DNA of 64,000 nt from Octopus sinensis (taxonomy: Eukaryota): the NCBI RefSeq assembly GCF_006345805.1, contig NC_043003.1, positions 49,848,001 through 49,912,000 on the forward strand, read 5' to 3'. Each line of letters starts with the position of its first letter. Position 1 is the first letter of the stretch. A program made the translations under genes and the position numbers. Below are positions 24,860-37,852 of this stretch, piece after piece. The notes beneath the pieces were generated by a model, which did not search any database, was not told the origin of the DNA, and was given only the letters and a program-made list of their open reading frames with translations.

Positions 24860-25217
24860 GTCAGCGCTATTGTGACCAGAGCTCGCTCTGAGCGCCATTG
24901 AGATGACTGACCACCGCTGGAGCCCACAGTCAGCGCTATGGCGAGCAGAGCTCGCTCTGAGCACCATTGGGATGACTGACCCTCGCTAGGAGTCCACAGT
25001 CAGCGCTATTTCGACCAGAGCTCGCTCTGAGCACCATTGGGATGACTGACCCCCGCTAGGAGCCCACAGTCAGCATTATGTCGAGCAGAGCTCGCTCTGA
25101 GCATCATTAGGATGACTGACCCTCGCTAGGAGCCCACAGTCAGCGCTATGGCGACCAGAGCTCCCTCTGAGCGCCATTGGGATAACTGACCACCGCTAGG
25201 AGCCCACAGTCAGCGCT
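24860..25217. repeat. GC-rich minisatellite, 5 copies of a 69-70-bp self-complementary unit
   Basis: Units start at 24860, 24929, 24999, 25069, 25139, plus a stub at 25209. Confidence 0.95.
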
Positions 25218-25430
25218 TTCCAGGAATTCTCTTCCTCGGAACTTTTCAGGAAGTCTCTCATCCTCAGAAATTTCCAGGAAGTATCACCCTCGGAATTATC
25301 CAGAAGTCTCATCCTCGTAACTTTCCAGGTAGTCATCGGAACTTTCCAAGAATTCTCTCATCATCTGAACTTTCCAGGAAGTCTCATCGTCGGAACTTTC
25401 CAGGAAGTCTTCGGAATTTTCCAGGAAGTG
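25218..25430. repeat. Degenerate array of a 21-28-bp unit (ggaactttccaggaagtctcatc)
   Basis: About 9 imperfect copies, directly abutting the 70-bp array. Confidence 0.9.
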
Positions 25431-25799
25431 TCATCCCTATCTTATCTGTTATTGATGACCATTTTGATGAACAGAAAAGCTTCTTCGGCAGTGCGATCCA
25501 AGCACTGCAACTGTGCGTGGACAGTAAGAGGAACTATGTTAGAAAATGAACTTCATTTGGTCACATTCGATTGAGAGTGTCTTACTTAGATTATGAACAT
25601 TTCAGCCGAATCCTCATAATAACAAAAATTATTACTATACATGCATTTTTTATGTTAACATTGGAAAAATCCACATTTTTCATAAAAATATTAGGACTTA
25701 GGTTTGCACCCCTTAGCAAATTTTGCTGCTGGGCCACTGTATATATACATCCATATACATACAATAGAGAGATGTTTTTATTTCACTTTTAACACGTAA

Positions 25800-25990
25800 T
25801 ACTGAAATAGTGGAGAAGATATGATATTGCTGTGGGCCCGCCCTAGGCAAGAAGTTAAACATTTTTTTTGCCCATGACACTCCATGGACCCTAAGTATGT
25901 GTAAAATTTGAATGAAATTGGTTGTGTAGTTCTCAAGTTTTAGGGATTCACACAAACAGACACACATTCTCAGTTATTTATATATATATA
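25800..25990 (-). mobile_element. Probable 5' part of a Helitron-like non-autonomous element
   Basis: Minus strand (TA)n-aaataactgagaatgtgtgtctgtttgtg resembles the starts at 9444 and 12912; no CTAG end found. Confidence 0.35.
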
Positions 25991-26969
25991 TATATATATC
26001 AAAATAAGCAACAGGGATATCCAGAGGTAATGCAGTACGATCGTTTCATTCAACTCCATTTAATTGAACAATGCAATCATTTCATTACATCAATTTAATA
26101 TGTAGAGCAATACATACATATTGTTATCCCATGAATAATGCGGGTTTTTTTCATTTGCATGAACTAAATGTCTCGGAGGTGTACGGGATAAAATATCTGC
26201 ATGAACTTGCTATAAAAGCAGGTAGAATGCATTGATTTATATAATTTCAATAAACTTTTTCTCTAAACATAAGTATAATAACTGTAATAATAAAGACGCA
26301 TATAAAGAATATAAGAGTAGAATTCAATTGATAAGATTATATATGATATAAACTAAAAGCAATTTAAAACAATAATAAGTTAGAAGAATTTAAAATATAT
26401 CTGGCTACTTCTTTTAATAACCACGTGGTCCTTACTGCCTAGTAATTATCCACTACTGTTATCAATAACCTTTACAAAAATTCAAATAAGTTTTTGCAGT
26501 AATTTTCGTACGTTTGTCATTCAGTTTGATAATCGAGTCATTCAAAGTCACGAAAAAATTAGCGCCATGAAGTTAGTCATTCAAATTCGTTTTTCAATCA
26601 ATTTATTTAGCACTTTGGTCAAAGAATTTAGCATTTAAATCATTCAAATTAAAATGCCCGTCGAGAGCATTCAAATTAGTCAGAATGCAAGCATTCAAAT
26701 TCGCACGTGAGCCTTCGAGTTCGGAATAAGTTTATTCAATTTAGCTCTAATTTTAAATGTGTGTTTTTACTTGCATTCTAAGAAGTGAATATTAAAAAGA
26801 TAAATTTAAATGACATGTTTTGTCATGCAAATTCTCTTGTTTTTATAACTACAAGGAAGAAATAAATTACGTGATTCTTCTGTCCACGAAAAGCTTTTTC
26901 ATTGCAACATTCGTAACCGGCCAATATTGGTTACATTTTGTACCCTTTCTCTTACACCAAATTGTAACC

Positions 26970-28765
26970 ATGGAGCCACGCGTAAGGTACATGCATATAT
27001 CGGACGAAGATAGGGCAAAGCTGTTTGACGCCTTCGAGGGGCATCAAACCGATTACCTGAAGCTGGCATTAAAAGGAGTACTGCCCGATCCATAGTAGCG
27101 ACCTACCTGCGGTCTTGGAGGCACCACAAGTTGTACAGAGGAGGTGCCCACTGCGTTAAGGAAATGCGAGCCCGGCTTCAGGTGATTATTGATGCCAACC
27201 CACTCGCAACCCTTCAACAGAAGAGTGACTTAGAGGCAGCATTGCCCGGATAGCCGCCTGTTTCCGTGTCTGCATCTCACGAGCTCTAGATCGGATGTTG
27301 ATAACTATGAAGTTGGCCTAAGACGTCCCAGATGCAAGAAATGCCCCAAGAACTCTGGAAAAGCGTTATGAGTTCAGTGATTCCTCGTTTATCGCGGTAG
27401 ATTGGTTCCGAGACCGGCCGCGATAACTGAATTTCCGCGAAGTGGGGACACCATATTTATAGTATTTATTTAACGTGCATCTGGACTTTTAAAACCCTCC
27501 TTGTACTGTAGTCTAACAACCCACCCATTACAGTAGTCTATTAATAACAAGGAAAGCTGTTAAGCAATAACACTTAAGATATAAAAAAATAAAGATTGTT
27601 ACTGTAATCAACACGAAAGAAGTTGAAATAAAATTTGAATGATGATGGTGATGAATTTGCTGCGCTGTAGAAATGATGAGGATGAAGCTGACGGCGGTGC
27701 CCTCTCCTGGGACACCTCTTCCACTTCTTCCGAAGGTGCAACCGTAGTAGTAGCAGTAGGAACTGGCTCTTTTTTGCGAGGCTGCAAAATCATTGTGATA
27801 GGAAGTTGCTGCCGCTGCTTCTTTTTCCGTTCAAAGAGCATATTGTAGGGATTCAAGACTCTCTTCATTGCACCTCGGGATTCGTCGTCTCCCTCCATTG
27901 TACCAATCACAGCCCCTCTTAAGTTCAAATACCCTGTATATGCTTTTTTTTTTGCTATTTTACGCTTGTTTTGTTGTTTCTAGACTAGGAAATAGTATTT
28001 CTTATCAATGTTTTAATGGATTTAATGAAAAATTTTAGGTGTTCATATATATCTTTTAAAACTCCGCGAAGTCGTGAATCCGCGATAGTTGAACCGCGAA
28101 GTAGCAAGGAATCACTGTATGCTCATTGGTTTATGGAAGAGGGAGTCGTCGACCATTGCGTATTCATTGATGAATGTGGGTACAACATTTGGACAGGCAG
28201 TCTTTTGGACGAGCCCCTCGAAGCATTTCTGTTCGCCGAGTTGTCAACCGTCAGCGTGGGAAAAACTGCAACGTTACTTTCGTGGTGCCGAGAGAAATCG
28301 GCTTGGTTCATCACTCCATTGCGAACGATACTGCTACACGGAACTCTTTCGAGGAGTTCTTGGCGGAATCAGTTCGAGAATATGCCGACATATTCCCAGC
28401 AGATGAATCCGTCTACTTGATCTATTACAACGTGCGGCCACACGTTTTGTGCCGAGCTCTCAGCTGACGCCGACACACGGATCAGTCTGAAATACCTGTC
28501 TCCCTACTAGTCGTTTCTTAATTGTACGGAAATGATGCATTCTGCCTTTAGGGCGGCTGTCAGGTGGGACCTCGCTCGAGCTGAGTTGCAGCAATGAGTT
28601 GGCGACCGGGCAGCTGTAGAAGCACAAGTCATGCAACACGTCAAGATGCGTAACATCGACACTATCACTCCAGAAAATTGTGTCCGTTGGTATAGACATA
28701 CCCAAATCTACCACCCGAGATGCTTCGACCACCAGACTAAATTCTCTCAAACGAACCCTCCTTAA
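26970..28765 (+). pseudogene. Disrupted IS630-like (DDE_3-type) transposase
   Basis: MEPRVRY...TLEKRYE | YAHWFMEEGVVDHCVFIDECGYNIWT...GLVHH...IYYNVRPH...LSPY*SFLNCTE...ITPENCVRWYRH; frameshifts, stops and a Tigger insertion. Confidence 0.85.
27375..28117 (-). mobile_element. Internally deleted pogo/Tigger element inserted in the transposase
   Basis: TIRs cagtgattcctcg / caaggaatcactg|TA; minus ORF with KKKQRQQLPITMILQP resembles a Tigger-type C-terminus; excision restores host GAG-TAT-GCT. Confidence 0.85.
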
Positions 28766-29069
28766 CAAGATTATAAACCAATAATTATCTTAGTGTTCAT
28801 GGCACCCTTTCTCCGATGAAAGAAAAAATACAAAATCAAAGAAATATATACTTTCCTCAAGAAGACATTCTATGCAAAGGAAGAACATATATCACAACGT
28901 GATGTATTAAAAATCGAAGAAAATGAGCATTTTTTTTGTAATTGTGAGTTTCTTTAGAAAGATTGAAAAGGCTGGAATGCGATTCCAGGAAGTCTTTAAC
29001 AATAAATACATGTACCTTTGCAAAAATAAAAGAACACATAGAAAAGGCATGGCCACGATAGAGTGCTTA

Positions 29070-29467
29070 AAGTATGGATGGATGGAAGCACTCCGTCGGT
29101 TACGACGACGAGGGTTCCGGTTGATCCGATCAACGGAACAGCCTGCTCGTGAAATTAACGTGTAAGTGGCTGAGCACTCCACAGACACGTGTACCCTTAA
29201 CGTAGTTTTCGGGGATATTCAGCGTGACACAGAGAGTGACAAGGCCGGCCCTTTGAAATACAGGTACAACAGAAACAGGAAGTAAGAGTGAGAGAAAGTT
29301 GTGGTGAAAGAGTACAGCAAGGATCACCACCATCCCTGCCGGAGCCTCGAGGAGCTTTTTAGGTGTTTTTGCTCAATAAACACTCACAACGCCCCGTCTG
29401 GGAATCGAAATCGCGATCCTACGACCGCGAGTCCGATGCCCTAACCACTGGGCCATTGCGCCTCCAC
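29070..29467 (-). mobile_element. SINE with family C head and D-type tail
   Basis: ggaggcgcaatggcccagtggttagggc..ggactcgcggtcg head; tail ...gtcgtcgtaaccgacggagtgc. Confidence 0.85.
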
Positions 29468-29954
29468 GCTTAAAGTATAAACAATGGATGAAAACATGAT
29501 TATGATAACAATGGTCATGTGATAAAACCAAAACAGCTATCGTGCTAATTTGATTGCTCGAAATGTTAAATAGATCGCTCCGAAACGAATTTGAATGCTC
29601 ATAAAGATGCTTCCGCGCATTCCGACTAATTTCAATTCTCTCGACGAGCATTTTAATTTGAATGAATGTAAATGCTAAATTCTTTGACCGAAGTGCGAAA
29701 CTGAATAATCGAAAAACGAATTTGAATGACTAACTTCATGGCGCTAATATTTTTCGCGACTTCGAATGATCCGATTATCAAATTAAATGACAAACGTACG
29801 AAAATTACTGCAAAAACATATATAATTAATTCTGAAATCCATCAATTTGCCATGTGACTATAAAGTATGTAGAATCAATCAAAAATAAGCATTCTATAAT
29901 GACCACTCTTCACCTAGCTAAGAACATTTGCCAACTTCAACAAACACTGCAGCT

Positions 29955-30117
29955 AGACGTAGGAGTGGCTGTGTGGTAAGTAGCTTGCTTACCAACCACA
30001 TGGTTCCGGGTTCAGTCCCACTGCGTGGCACCTTTGGCAAGTGTCTTCTACTACAGCCTCGGGCCGGCCAAAGCCTTCTGAGTGGATTTGGTAGACGGAA
30101 AGTGAAAGAAGCCCGTC

Positions 30118-30157
<40 letters not shown>

Positions 30158-30400
30158 GTGTGTGTGTGTGTGTGTGGTGTGTGTGTGTGTGTGTGTGTTT
30201 GTGTGGCTATGTTTGTTCCCCCAACATCGCTTGACAACCGATGCTGGTGTGTTTACGTGCCCGTAACTTAGCGGTTCAGCAAAGAGACTGATCGAATAAG
30301 TACTAGGCTTACAAAGAATAAGTCCTGGGGTCGATTTGCTCGACTAAAGCCGGTGCTCCAGCATGCCCACAGTCACATGACTGAAACAAGTAAAAGAGTA
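29955..30400 (+). mobile_element. SINE family A, full length
   Basis: Complete head, centre, (TA)(TG) tract and tail. Confidence 0.9.
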
Positions 30401-31191
30401 CTCCTGCTGAATTTTACCCAAACAATCAGTTGAGAAAAAACATCTCATGGAAGAATGTCATGGTTTACTACTGCTGCTGCTGCTGCAACTACCACTACTG
30501 CTACTACTACTAGTAGTACTACTACCACCACCAAGCCTAATTCAAATTAAAAACAGAGGAAAATTCCTCTTCGAACAACGTCATATTTATATACCGTGAA
30601 GAGATCGTACTAATAATGCATAAATTGCTCCTTATAAATATGCAACAATATGCAGTTAGTGCGATAGAAACACGTGTCGGACAATTTTTATGAATATGCT
30701 AACTGGAAATAAATATAAAGTTTGAATATTAAAATTCTTCATTCTCCTTATTATCAACATTGTGCTCTATACTATAAGTAGCCAGGAAATAAACTGTAGC
30801 ATGGAATGGGAGCTGAAGTAACTTTACCAAAAAACGCACCATCTGAAAGAATCAGCCTTGGAATTTTACTCAAAGAAATTCGGTATATCTGCCTGGATGT
30901 TATATCCCTCCTCTTATATATATATATATATATAAATCGTTTTCGTGCGAATTAAAATAAAATTTTACCCGTAGAGTTTTCACGCAAAACGTATAGAATG
31001 TATATTAATACTCTCATCTCGGTGGCGATTGAGAGAGTAAATTGAGGAAGGCTAATTTGATGCTAAATATATGCGGTAATCAATCTGACAACACCTACAG
31101 AGAAAAGAAGAAGAAATAAAGAATGTACAGTATGCGAGGGGTATTTGAGTTTAGTTCATTACACCTTCAAATTATTTAAAGTATCAGTCTT

Positions 31192-31598
31192 TTCTCTCTT
31201 TTACTTGTTTCAGTCATTTGACTGCGGCCATGTTGGAGCACCGCCTTTAGTCGAGCAAATCGACCCCGGGACTTATTCTTTGTAAGCCCAGTACTTATTC
31301 TATCGGTCTCTTTTGCCGAACTGCTAAGTGACAGGGACGTAAACACACCAGCATCGGTTGTCAAGCAATGCTAGGGGGACAAACACAGACACACAAACAT
31401 ATACACACACACCCATATATATATATACATATATACGACAGGCTTCTTTCAGTTTCCGTCTACCAAATCCACTCACAAGGCATTGGTCGGCCCGGGGCTA
31501 TAGCAGAAGACACTTGCCCAAGGTGCCACGCAGTGGGACTGAACCCGGAACCATGTGGCTGGTTAGCAAGCTACTTACCACACAGCCACTCCTGCGCC
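31192..31598 (-). mobile_element. SINE family A with 11-bp TSD
   Basis: gtatcagtctt at 31181-31191 and 31599-31609. Confidence 0.92.
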
Positions 31599-31659
31599 GT
31601 ATCAGTCTTATTATTTTTGTTTCAGATAACCGTTTCAAGATATCATACTAACTCAAGAA

Positions 31660-32798
31660 ATGAAAAGACACGCAGTCATAGTTGCTTTACATGCAAACTA
31701 CAGTGATTCAGAAATTAGCAACTTTCTAAATATTGCAAGTTCATTTGTACACAAAGTTCTGTTGGAATTGGAGGTTTGTGATGCTAATGTTTCACTTGCA
31801 TCAAAGAAGATAAAAACGTTCAGACACTAAAAAGACACCGGAGTTTATACATGTTCAAAATATTATCGATGAAAACCCCAGATCAATGAGGTCCATTGCT
31901 AAAGAACTTCGGGTGTCAGGGTGGACTATCAGAAGCGTGGTACATCGTGATATTCGATACAAGTCCTATGTAATGAGGAAAGACCAATTCGTGTCTGCAA
32001 AGACACAGGAAAATCGTCTCACCCATTCAAAACGGTTACTTAACAAAATGACAAACCCTCTTGAACAAGGCATGCTTTGGTTTTTACTCAGACAAAAAAA
32101 AAAAAAAACTTTGATCAGGATCAAAAGTCTAACAAGAAATGAAAGGTGGTCATGTGCAGATCCTTCTGAAGTACTTGGAGTGATGCACACGAAATTTCCA
32201 GCAACTGTGATGGTTTTAGGAGTGTCTTAGAATTAAAGCTGCTGGATATATTGAGGTACTGGAAACTGTTGTCAAGCCCTGGATTGATAAAGTATGCAAT
32301 GGAGGGCCATACGTGTTTTAACAAAACTCAGTACCTTCACACAAATCCCTAGTCACCCAAGAATGGTTCTCAGACGATCTTTACAGTTGTGTAACACCCA
32401 ATATGTAGCCTCCAAACTCCCCAGATTTGAACCTCATGGACTAATACGCGTGGAACGCTGTTGAAAGGGAGACTAATCGTCATCCTCATAATACCATAGC
32501 CTCATTGAAAGCCGCCATTGTCCATAAAGTGTCCTGCATTGAAGCAAACATCAAAGGTGGGTTCATAGAATATTGTGCTTTAAAAAAATCATTTTCAAGA
32601 CTAATTGCATAAATGTTTCTTCAAATACATATTTATTTCTGCTGAAATATAGTTGTTTTATTGTATGCTACAACTGTCCTCAAATGCCCCTCACACACAC
32701 ACCACACACACACACATGCACACACACACCACACACACACATGCACACACACACCACACACACACACCACACACCACACACACACACATACACATACA

Positions 32799-32887
<89 letters not shown>

Positions 32888-33071
32888 ATATATATATATA
32901 CATCGCGGCCATAAGGAGTGATGAGAAATAAACAAACTTTAGATTAGTTCAAACATGTTTGTGACATATTGTAAATTCTAGAGGCAATTTCACTGTAGTT
33001 TACTGCGTAGAAAAATTCAGGCTTTTGGTAAAAAAAATGTAAAACCACCTTATCTGCTCAGTGTCACCCTC
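31660..33071 (+). mobile_element. Decayed DD37D (maT-type) Tc1/mariner element
   Basis: MKRHAVIVALH...WF(Y)SD.KNFDQDQK...QNSVPSH-(37 aa counted)-D in PPNSPDLNLMD*YAW; putative right end gtcaccctc|TA; left TIR not found. Confidence 0.85.
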
Positions 33072-33179
33072 TATCGGACTCCTTGGCGTGTTTCTGGCTC
33101 CTTAGTCTTCCTCAGTAGGAGATAGGAGATACCGAAGCGAGATAACCCTGAGTAGATTAGAAAGCTGTAGCTTTACCGC

Positions 33180-33494
<315 letters not shown>

Positions 33495-33617
33495 ATATAT
33501 ATACATATATATATTTACACACACACACTCAGGCGCGCGCACACACACACACACTCAGGCGCGCGCACAAACACACACACACACAAGGTAGATGCAGTCA
33601 CATTGCCTAAACTTTGT

Positions 33618-33781
33618 GATGGCCGTCTTAGTAGCATTTTAGGCCTCGAGTCAAATCATTGCACTAGGCCCTATAGTATCTTTTAACAGCAAATCACAGC
33701 ATCCACAGATTAGAATTTGGCCCCTACGTCTGTAGGGCCTCTGCACAATGCCCAGTGTACTCAAGTCTTAAGATGGCACTG
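33618..33781. mobile_element. Short MITE, hAT-like termini
   Basis: gatggccgtctta / taagatggcactg; a truncated copy plus its flank recurs at 35820-36022. Confidence 0.45.
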
Positions 33782-33839
33782 ATCTTAGCGAATACAGAGT
33801 ATATAAAACAGATACGGCAGCAGAGTCGGAAGTTTCCTA

Positions 33840-34300
33840 CATTGAAAACTATGCGAGCGTTATGGAAATATGTTCAGAAAAGAGATAAACAAATATACAA
33901 CATAAAATACCACAGAGAATGATGAAAGTAACCATATTCTTCGGATATTCAATTCACATAAAAAGAGGGAGAGACGAAGGTACAAAGAGAGTGGGAAAGA
34001 GAGATAGAGTGATAGAGGAAAAATCTCTTAGATACTATTGTTAAAGACAATCAAGAGAATTAATGTCTTCTAATCGCTGAATCAATTCTAACGGACGACG
34101 ATATATCTCAACAAAAAAGCGAAATTATCCGAACATGAAGATCTGAAAATATAGATATCTACAAAGTGGGGATTAAAGACAAACAATGGCCATAATAATT
34201 GGAATCTTTAGAATGATAAAATGAGGCGCAAATATATAAACAATACCCCCATAACTTAGGCACATACAGCTAGTAATGCATTAGCTGTGCCTATCATAAG
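33840..34300 (+). pseudogene. Decayed restriction-like endonuclease (RLE) domain of a non-LTR element
   Basis: TTENDKVTI, VKDNQEN*CLLI...KLSEHEDLKI*ISTKWGLKT..AIIIG. Confidence 0.6.
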
Positions 34301-34927
34301 TTATAATGTAATAAAGTAGAAGATGATCGAACTAAGATTAGACAGAAATAGAGGGAAATTAATGACTATATTTAGAATATATCATTCCTAAATAAATGAT
34401 AATAGATGGTGTTTACCACCTACACTTAGAAAATCCGCGATTATATATATGCTATAGGTTTACATAAATGTATACAACAGAAAAGGATACAAATTGATTA
34501 ATATAAAAATAATTAAACACACACACTCGAACACATAAAAATTGCATCTTCGCAGAGGTGGATGAATGCAAACAGCATGAGAACTAAAGACAAAAGAAAA
34601 CGAAAGAAAGGGAAATTTTCAAAGGAAAGCCGATTTTAAGAAAATATATAATTCACAAGAAAAATATATGCTTGAATGGTGGAACGTAAATTTTTTTGTG
34701 TCTTCCATACAATCTGCATTGAAAGATCCAACAGATTATCGAGATCGAAGCTCAAATTTAAAAACTGAAACCGGAGACCTTTTCTAATAGAAGCATAGAA
34801 TCTTTTGCCGTTCCACCAATATGATTCTTAATAAATTTATCAAAAAAAAAAAAATCATGTGATCACAAAATATTCAACCCTAGAGAAAACTGAATATACC
34901 AACTGGAAACTAAGCGAAAATTATATA

Positions 34928-36186
34928 TTTGGCATAGAAAATAGGTATGCGGTTTCGAGAAGTAATTGAGTAACAATATTCTTAGAAATGTCTAAAGAAA
35001 TAGGTATATGTTGTCCAGACATTATCGTGAAACACCTATAGAAAGCAAAAATGCCAGCTAATAAGAGCTTAGAAAATAGGTATGCGGTTTCGAGAAGTAA
35101 TTGAGTAACAATATTCTTAGAAATGTCTAAAGAAATAGGTATACGTTGTCCAGACATTATCGTGAAAGACCTATAGAAAGCAAAAATGCCAGCTAATAAG
35201 AGCTTAGAAAATTAAAAGGAATGTTCGTAGACATGACAGCAAAATTTGGTTGCAAATAATTTTGTGTTTTATTTCCTAAATATCAACAAAAATGTAAATC
35301 TCAGCAGAACTTGTTAATAAATTAATGTAATGATAATTCTATAGAACGCGGTTTGTAAACGCAGGTTACAAAAGAACAAATTTAGATTTCAGATTTTAAT
35401 TTACAACAAAAGAAGTGAAGTTTACGTAAATATTTGTAAAAAAAAATGTGCATCGATAAGTAAATTGGATAATTTGTTGTCGAATTGTTATGGAAAATCC
35501 ACATGATACTTTCATGTTTTCGTGTCAATAGAAAAAAAATTGTGATATGGTTAAATGTTTGTGAGCAGATAAATAACGAGCAGAGATTGAACGTAAACTA
35601 AGTTGCGTGTTTTTTTAAACTAGTAGAAGCTATTGTCGTGAAATATTTTTTCGTTTATTTAATGTTCTTCGTGATTTCAGATAACCAATTCTACACTTTC
35701 GAGGCTGAGTCCTGGGCTAAAAATAGTTAAGAGCTGCAGAGATCGCGAAATAATAAGGGTTGTTGTTGCAATCAGTAAGTTGTAACTGTCAGTAAATATA
35801 CATATATTTACACACACACACACAGAGGCGCGCGCATACACACACACACACACAAGGTACATGCAGTCACATTGCTTCTTGTTGCATAAACTTTGTGATG
35901 GCCGTCTTAGTAGCATTTTAGGCCTCAAGTCAAATCAACGCACTAGGCCCTATAATATCTTTTAACAGCAAATCACAGAATCTATAGATCAGAACTGGGC
36001 CCCTACGTCTGTGGGGCCTCTGGGCATTCCTTTTAATTTCCTAAATTCTTATTAGCTGGCATTTTTGCTTTCTATAGGTCTTTCACGATAATATCTGGGC
36101 AATTTATACCTATTTCTTTAGACATTTCTTAGAATATTGTTACTCAATTACTTCTCGATACTGCATACCTATTTTCTATGTCAAAT
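34928..36186. repeat. Inverted arms (34928-35223 / 36025-36186); left arm holds a 135-bp tandem duplication
   Basis: Unit tagaaaataggtatgcgg...ataagagct at 34935 and 35070; reverse complement at 36025-36186. Confidence 0.85.
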
Positions 36187-36269
36187 TTCACTTGCATTAT
36201 ATAGTTCTAAAATTTACTTGTTTTGGCAATACATGCACTAAAAATGATATTCCGTCTGTTACAACGAAA

Positions 36270-36885
36270 AGGGCTTCAGTTGATCCGATCAACGGAATAG
36301 CCTGCACATGAAATTAACGTACAAGTGGCTGAGCTTTCCACAGACTCGTGTACCCTTAATGAAGTTCTCAAGGAGTTTCAGAGTGGCACAAAATGTGACA
36401 AGGCTGGCTCTTTGAAATACAGGTATTAATAATATTTGCCAGCTGAGTGGACTAGGGCAATGTGAAATAATGTGCTTCACTTAAGGTTATGTGGAGGCAC
36501 ATAGCCTAGTGGTTAGAGCAGCGGACTCGCGGTCGAAGGATCGCGGGTTCGAATCTCAGACCGGGCGATGTGTGTGCTTATGAGCGAAACACCTAAGCTC
36601 CACGCGACTCCTGCAGAAGGTAATGGCGAACTTCTGCTGACTCTTTCACCACAACTTTCTCTCACTCTTTCCTCCTGCATCTCGCAGCTCACTTGCAACG
36701 GACCGGCATCCCGTCCAGGTGGGGAACCTTTACGCCAAGGAAACTGGGAAACTGGCCCTTATGAGCCAGGTGTGGCTCGAGAAGGAACAAACAAACACAC
36801 TCAAGGTTATAATACGACGCCTGGAATCGAACTCACGTCCTTATGATCGTGAACCGAATACCACAACGACTAAACTAGGCACCTT
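36270..36885 (-). mobile_element. SINE with D head and D tail, interrupted by a C-head/V-like SINE (36491-36797, +)
   Basis: 13-bp TSD cact(t/c)aaggttat at 36478-36490 and 36798-36810. Confidence 0.8.
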
Positions 36886-37441
36886 CCACAGTACTAAAAA
36901 TAATATAGCTCTCAACAGGTAATTAATTTCTGATTGGTTAAAATCACTCACTAAACACTGAAATTACAATGCTGTTTTCTACGGAAGTCGTCACAAGAAT
37001 TTCTAACCTTCGAAACGTTTTGAGAAATTATCAAAGTATAAAAATTTTGTAATTATACCTGTTTCAATATCGCATTTTGTGCGATTGGTTAAACTTGCCG
37101 AAATGCTCGAAATTTCAGACGAAATATCTTACAAACTATAGAATTTTCTCAATAAAGCCAAGAGAAAATGATGTTTTATAAACACATTCTACCAGTATAC
37201 GAAATGTAAAACTTTTTAGTTACCTAGAAATTATGTTACAAAGTGCCGTTCAAAAGGAAAAGATCCCAATAGTGTTGTTACTTATAGGTTTCCAACTGGC
37301 CAATCTCTAGAGTGAGAGTGACAAGGGCGCATCTGTGCAATTCAGACACAACAAATACTACAGAGCCTTTTAGCTTGAAAGAACCGGTTTGTCGCCTTTC
37401 TCCACAACGATATCTACATCATTCACTAATACATGTCGACA

Positions 37442-37792
37442 TAGGCGCCGGCGTGGCTGCGTAGTAAGACGTTTGATTCCCAACCACATGGTTCCGGGCT
37501 CAGTCCCACAGCGTGGCACCTTAAGTAAGTGTTCTACTATAGCCTCACGCCAACCGCGGAAATTGAAAGAAGCCCGTCGTGTGTAATATATCTTTTACTT
37601 GTTTCAGTCATTTGACTGCGGCTATGCTGGAGCACCGCCTTTAGTCGAGCAAATCGCAAAGCTTATTCTTTGTAAGCCTAGTACTTATTCTATCGGTCTC
37701 TTTTGCCGAGCCGCTAAGTTACGAGGACGTAAATACGCCAGCATCGGTTGTCAAGCGATGTTGGGGAGTCAAACACAGACACACAAACATAT

Positions 37793-37837
<45 letters not shown>

Positions 37838-37852
37838 CATATATACGACGGG
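37442..37852. mobile_element. Rearranged SINE A: head on +, body and tail on -
   Basis: Head 37442-37585 ends at gcccgtcgt; 37590-37852 is a reversed tail ending in acgacgggc. Confidence 0.75.

Larger units (their letters stand above)
26489..29818 (+). mobile_element. IS630/Tc1/mariner-superfamily transposon with about 200-bp TIRs and TA TSD
   Basis: TA|(a/t)gtttttgcagtaattttcgtacgtttgtcatt... mirrored at 29590-29818 and followed by TA; repeated cattcaaatt motifs inside the TIRs. Confidence 0.9.

Noticed and set aside
24638-24967. 109-aa minus ORF overlapping the 70-bp array
   Set aside because: The repeat period is not a multiple of 3 and no homology is recognised
24860-25217. CRISPR-like appearance of palindromic repeats (also 14078-14229)
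   Set aside because: The linkers are repeated rather than unique spacers, there are no cas genes, and the context is eukaryotic
36491-36565. tRNA-like sequences (also 21468, 29955, 29400-29467, 54950-55020)
   Set aside because: A and B boxes are present but there is no complete acceptor stem, and each continues into a SINE body
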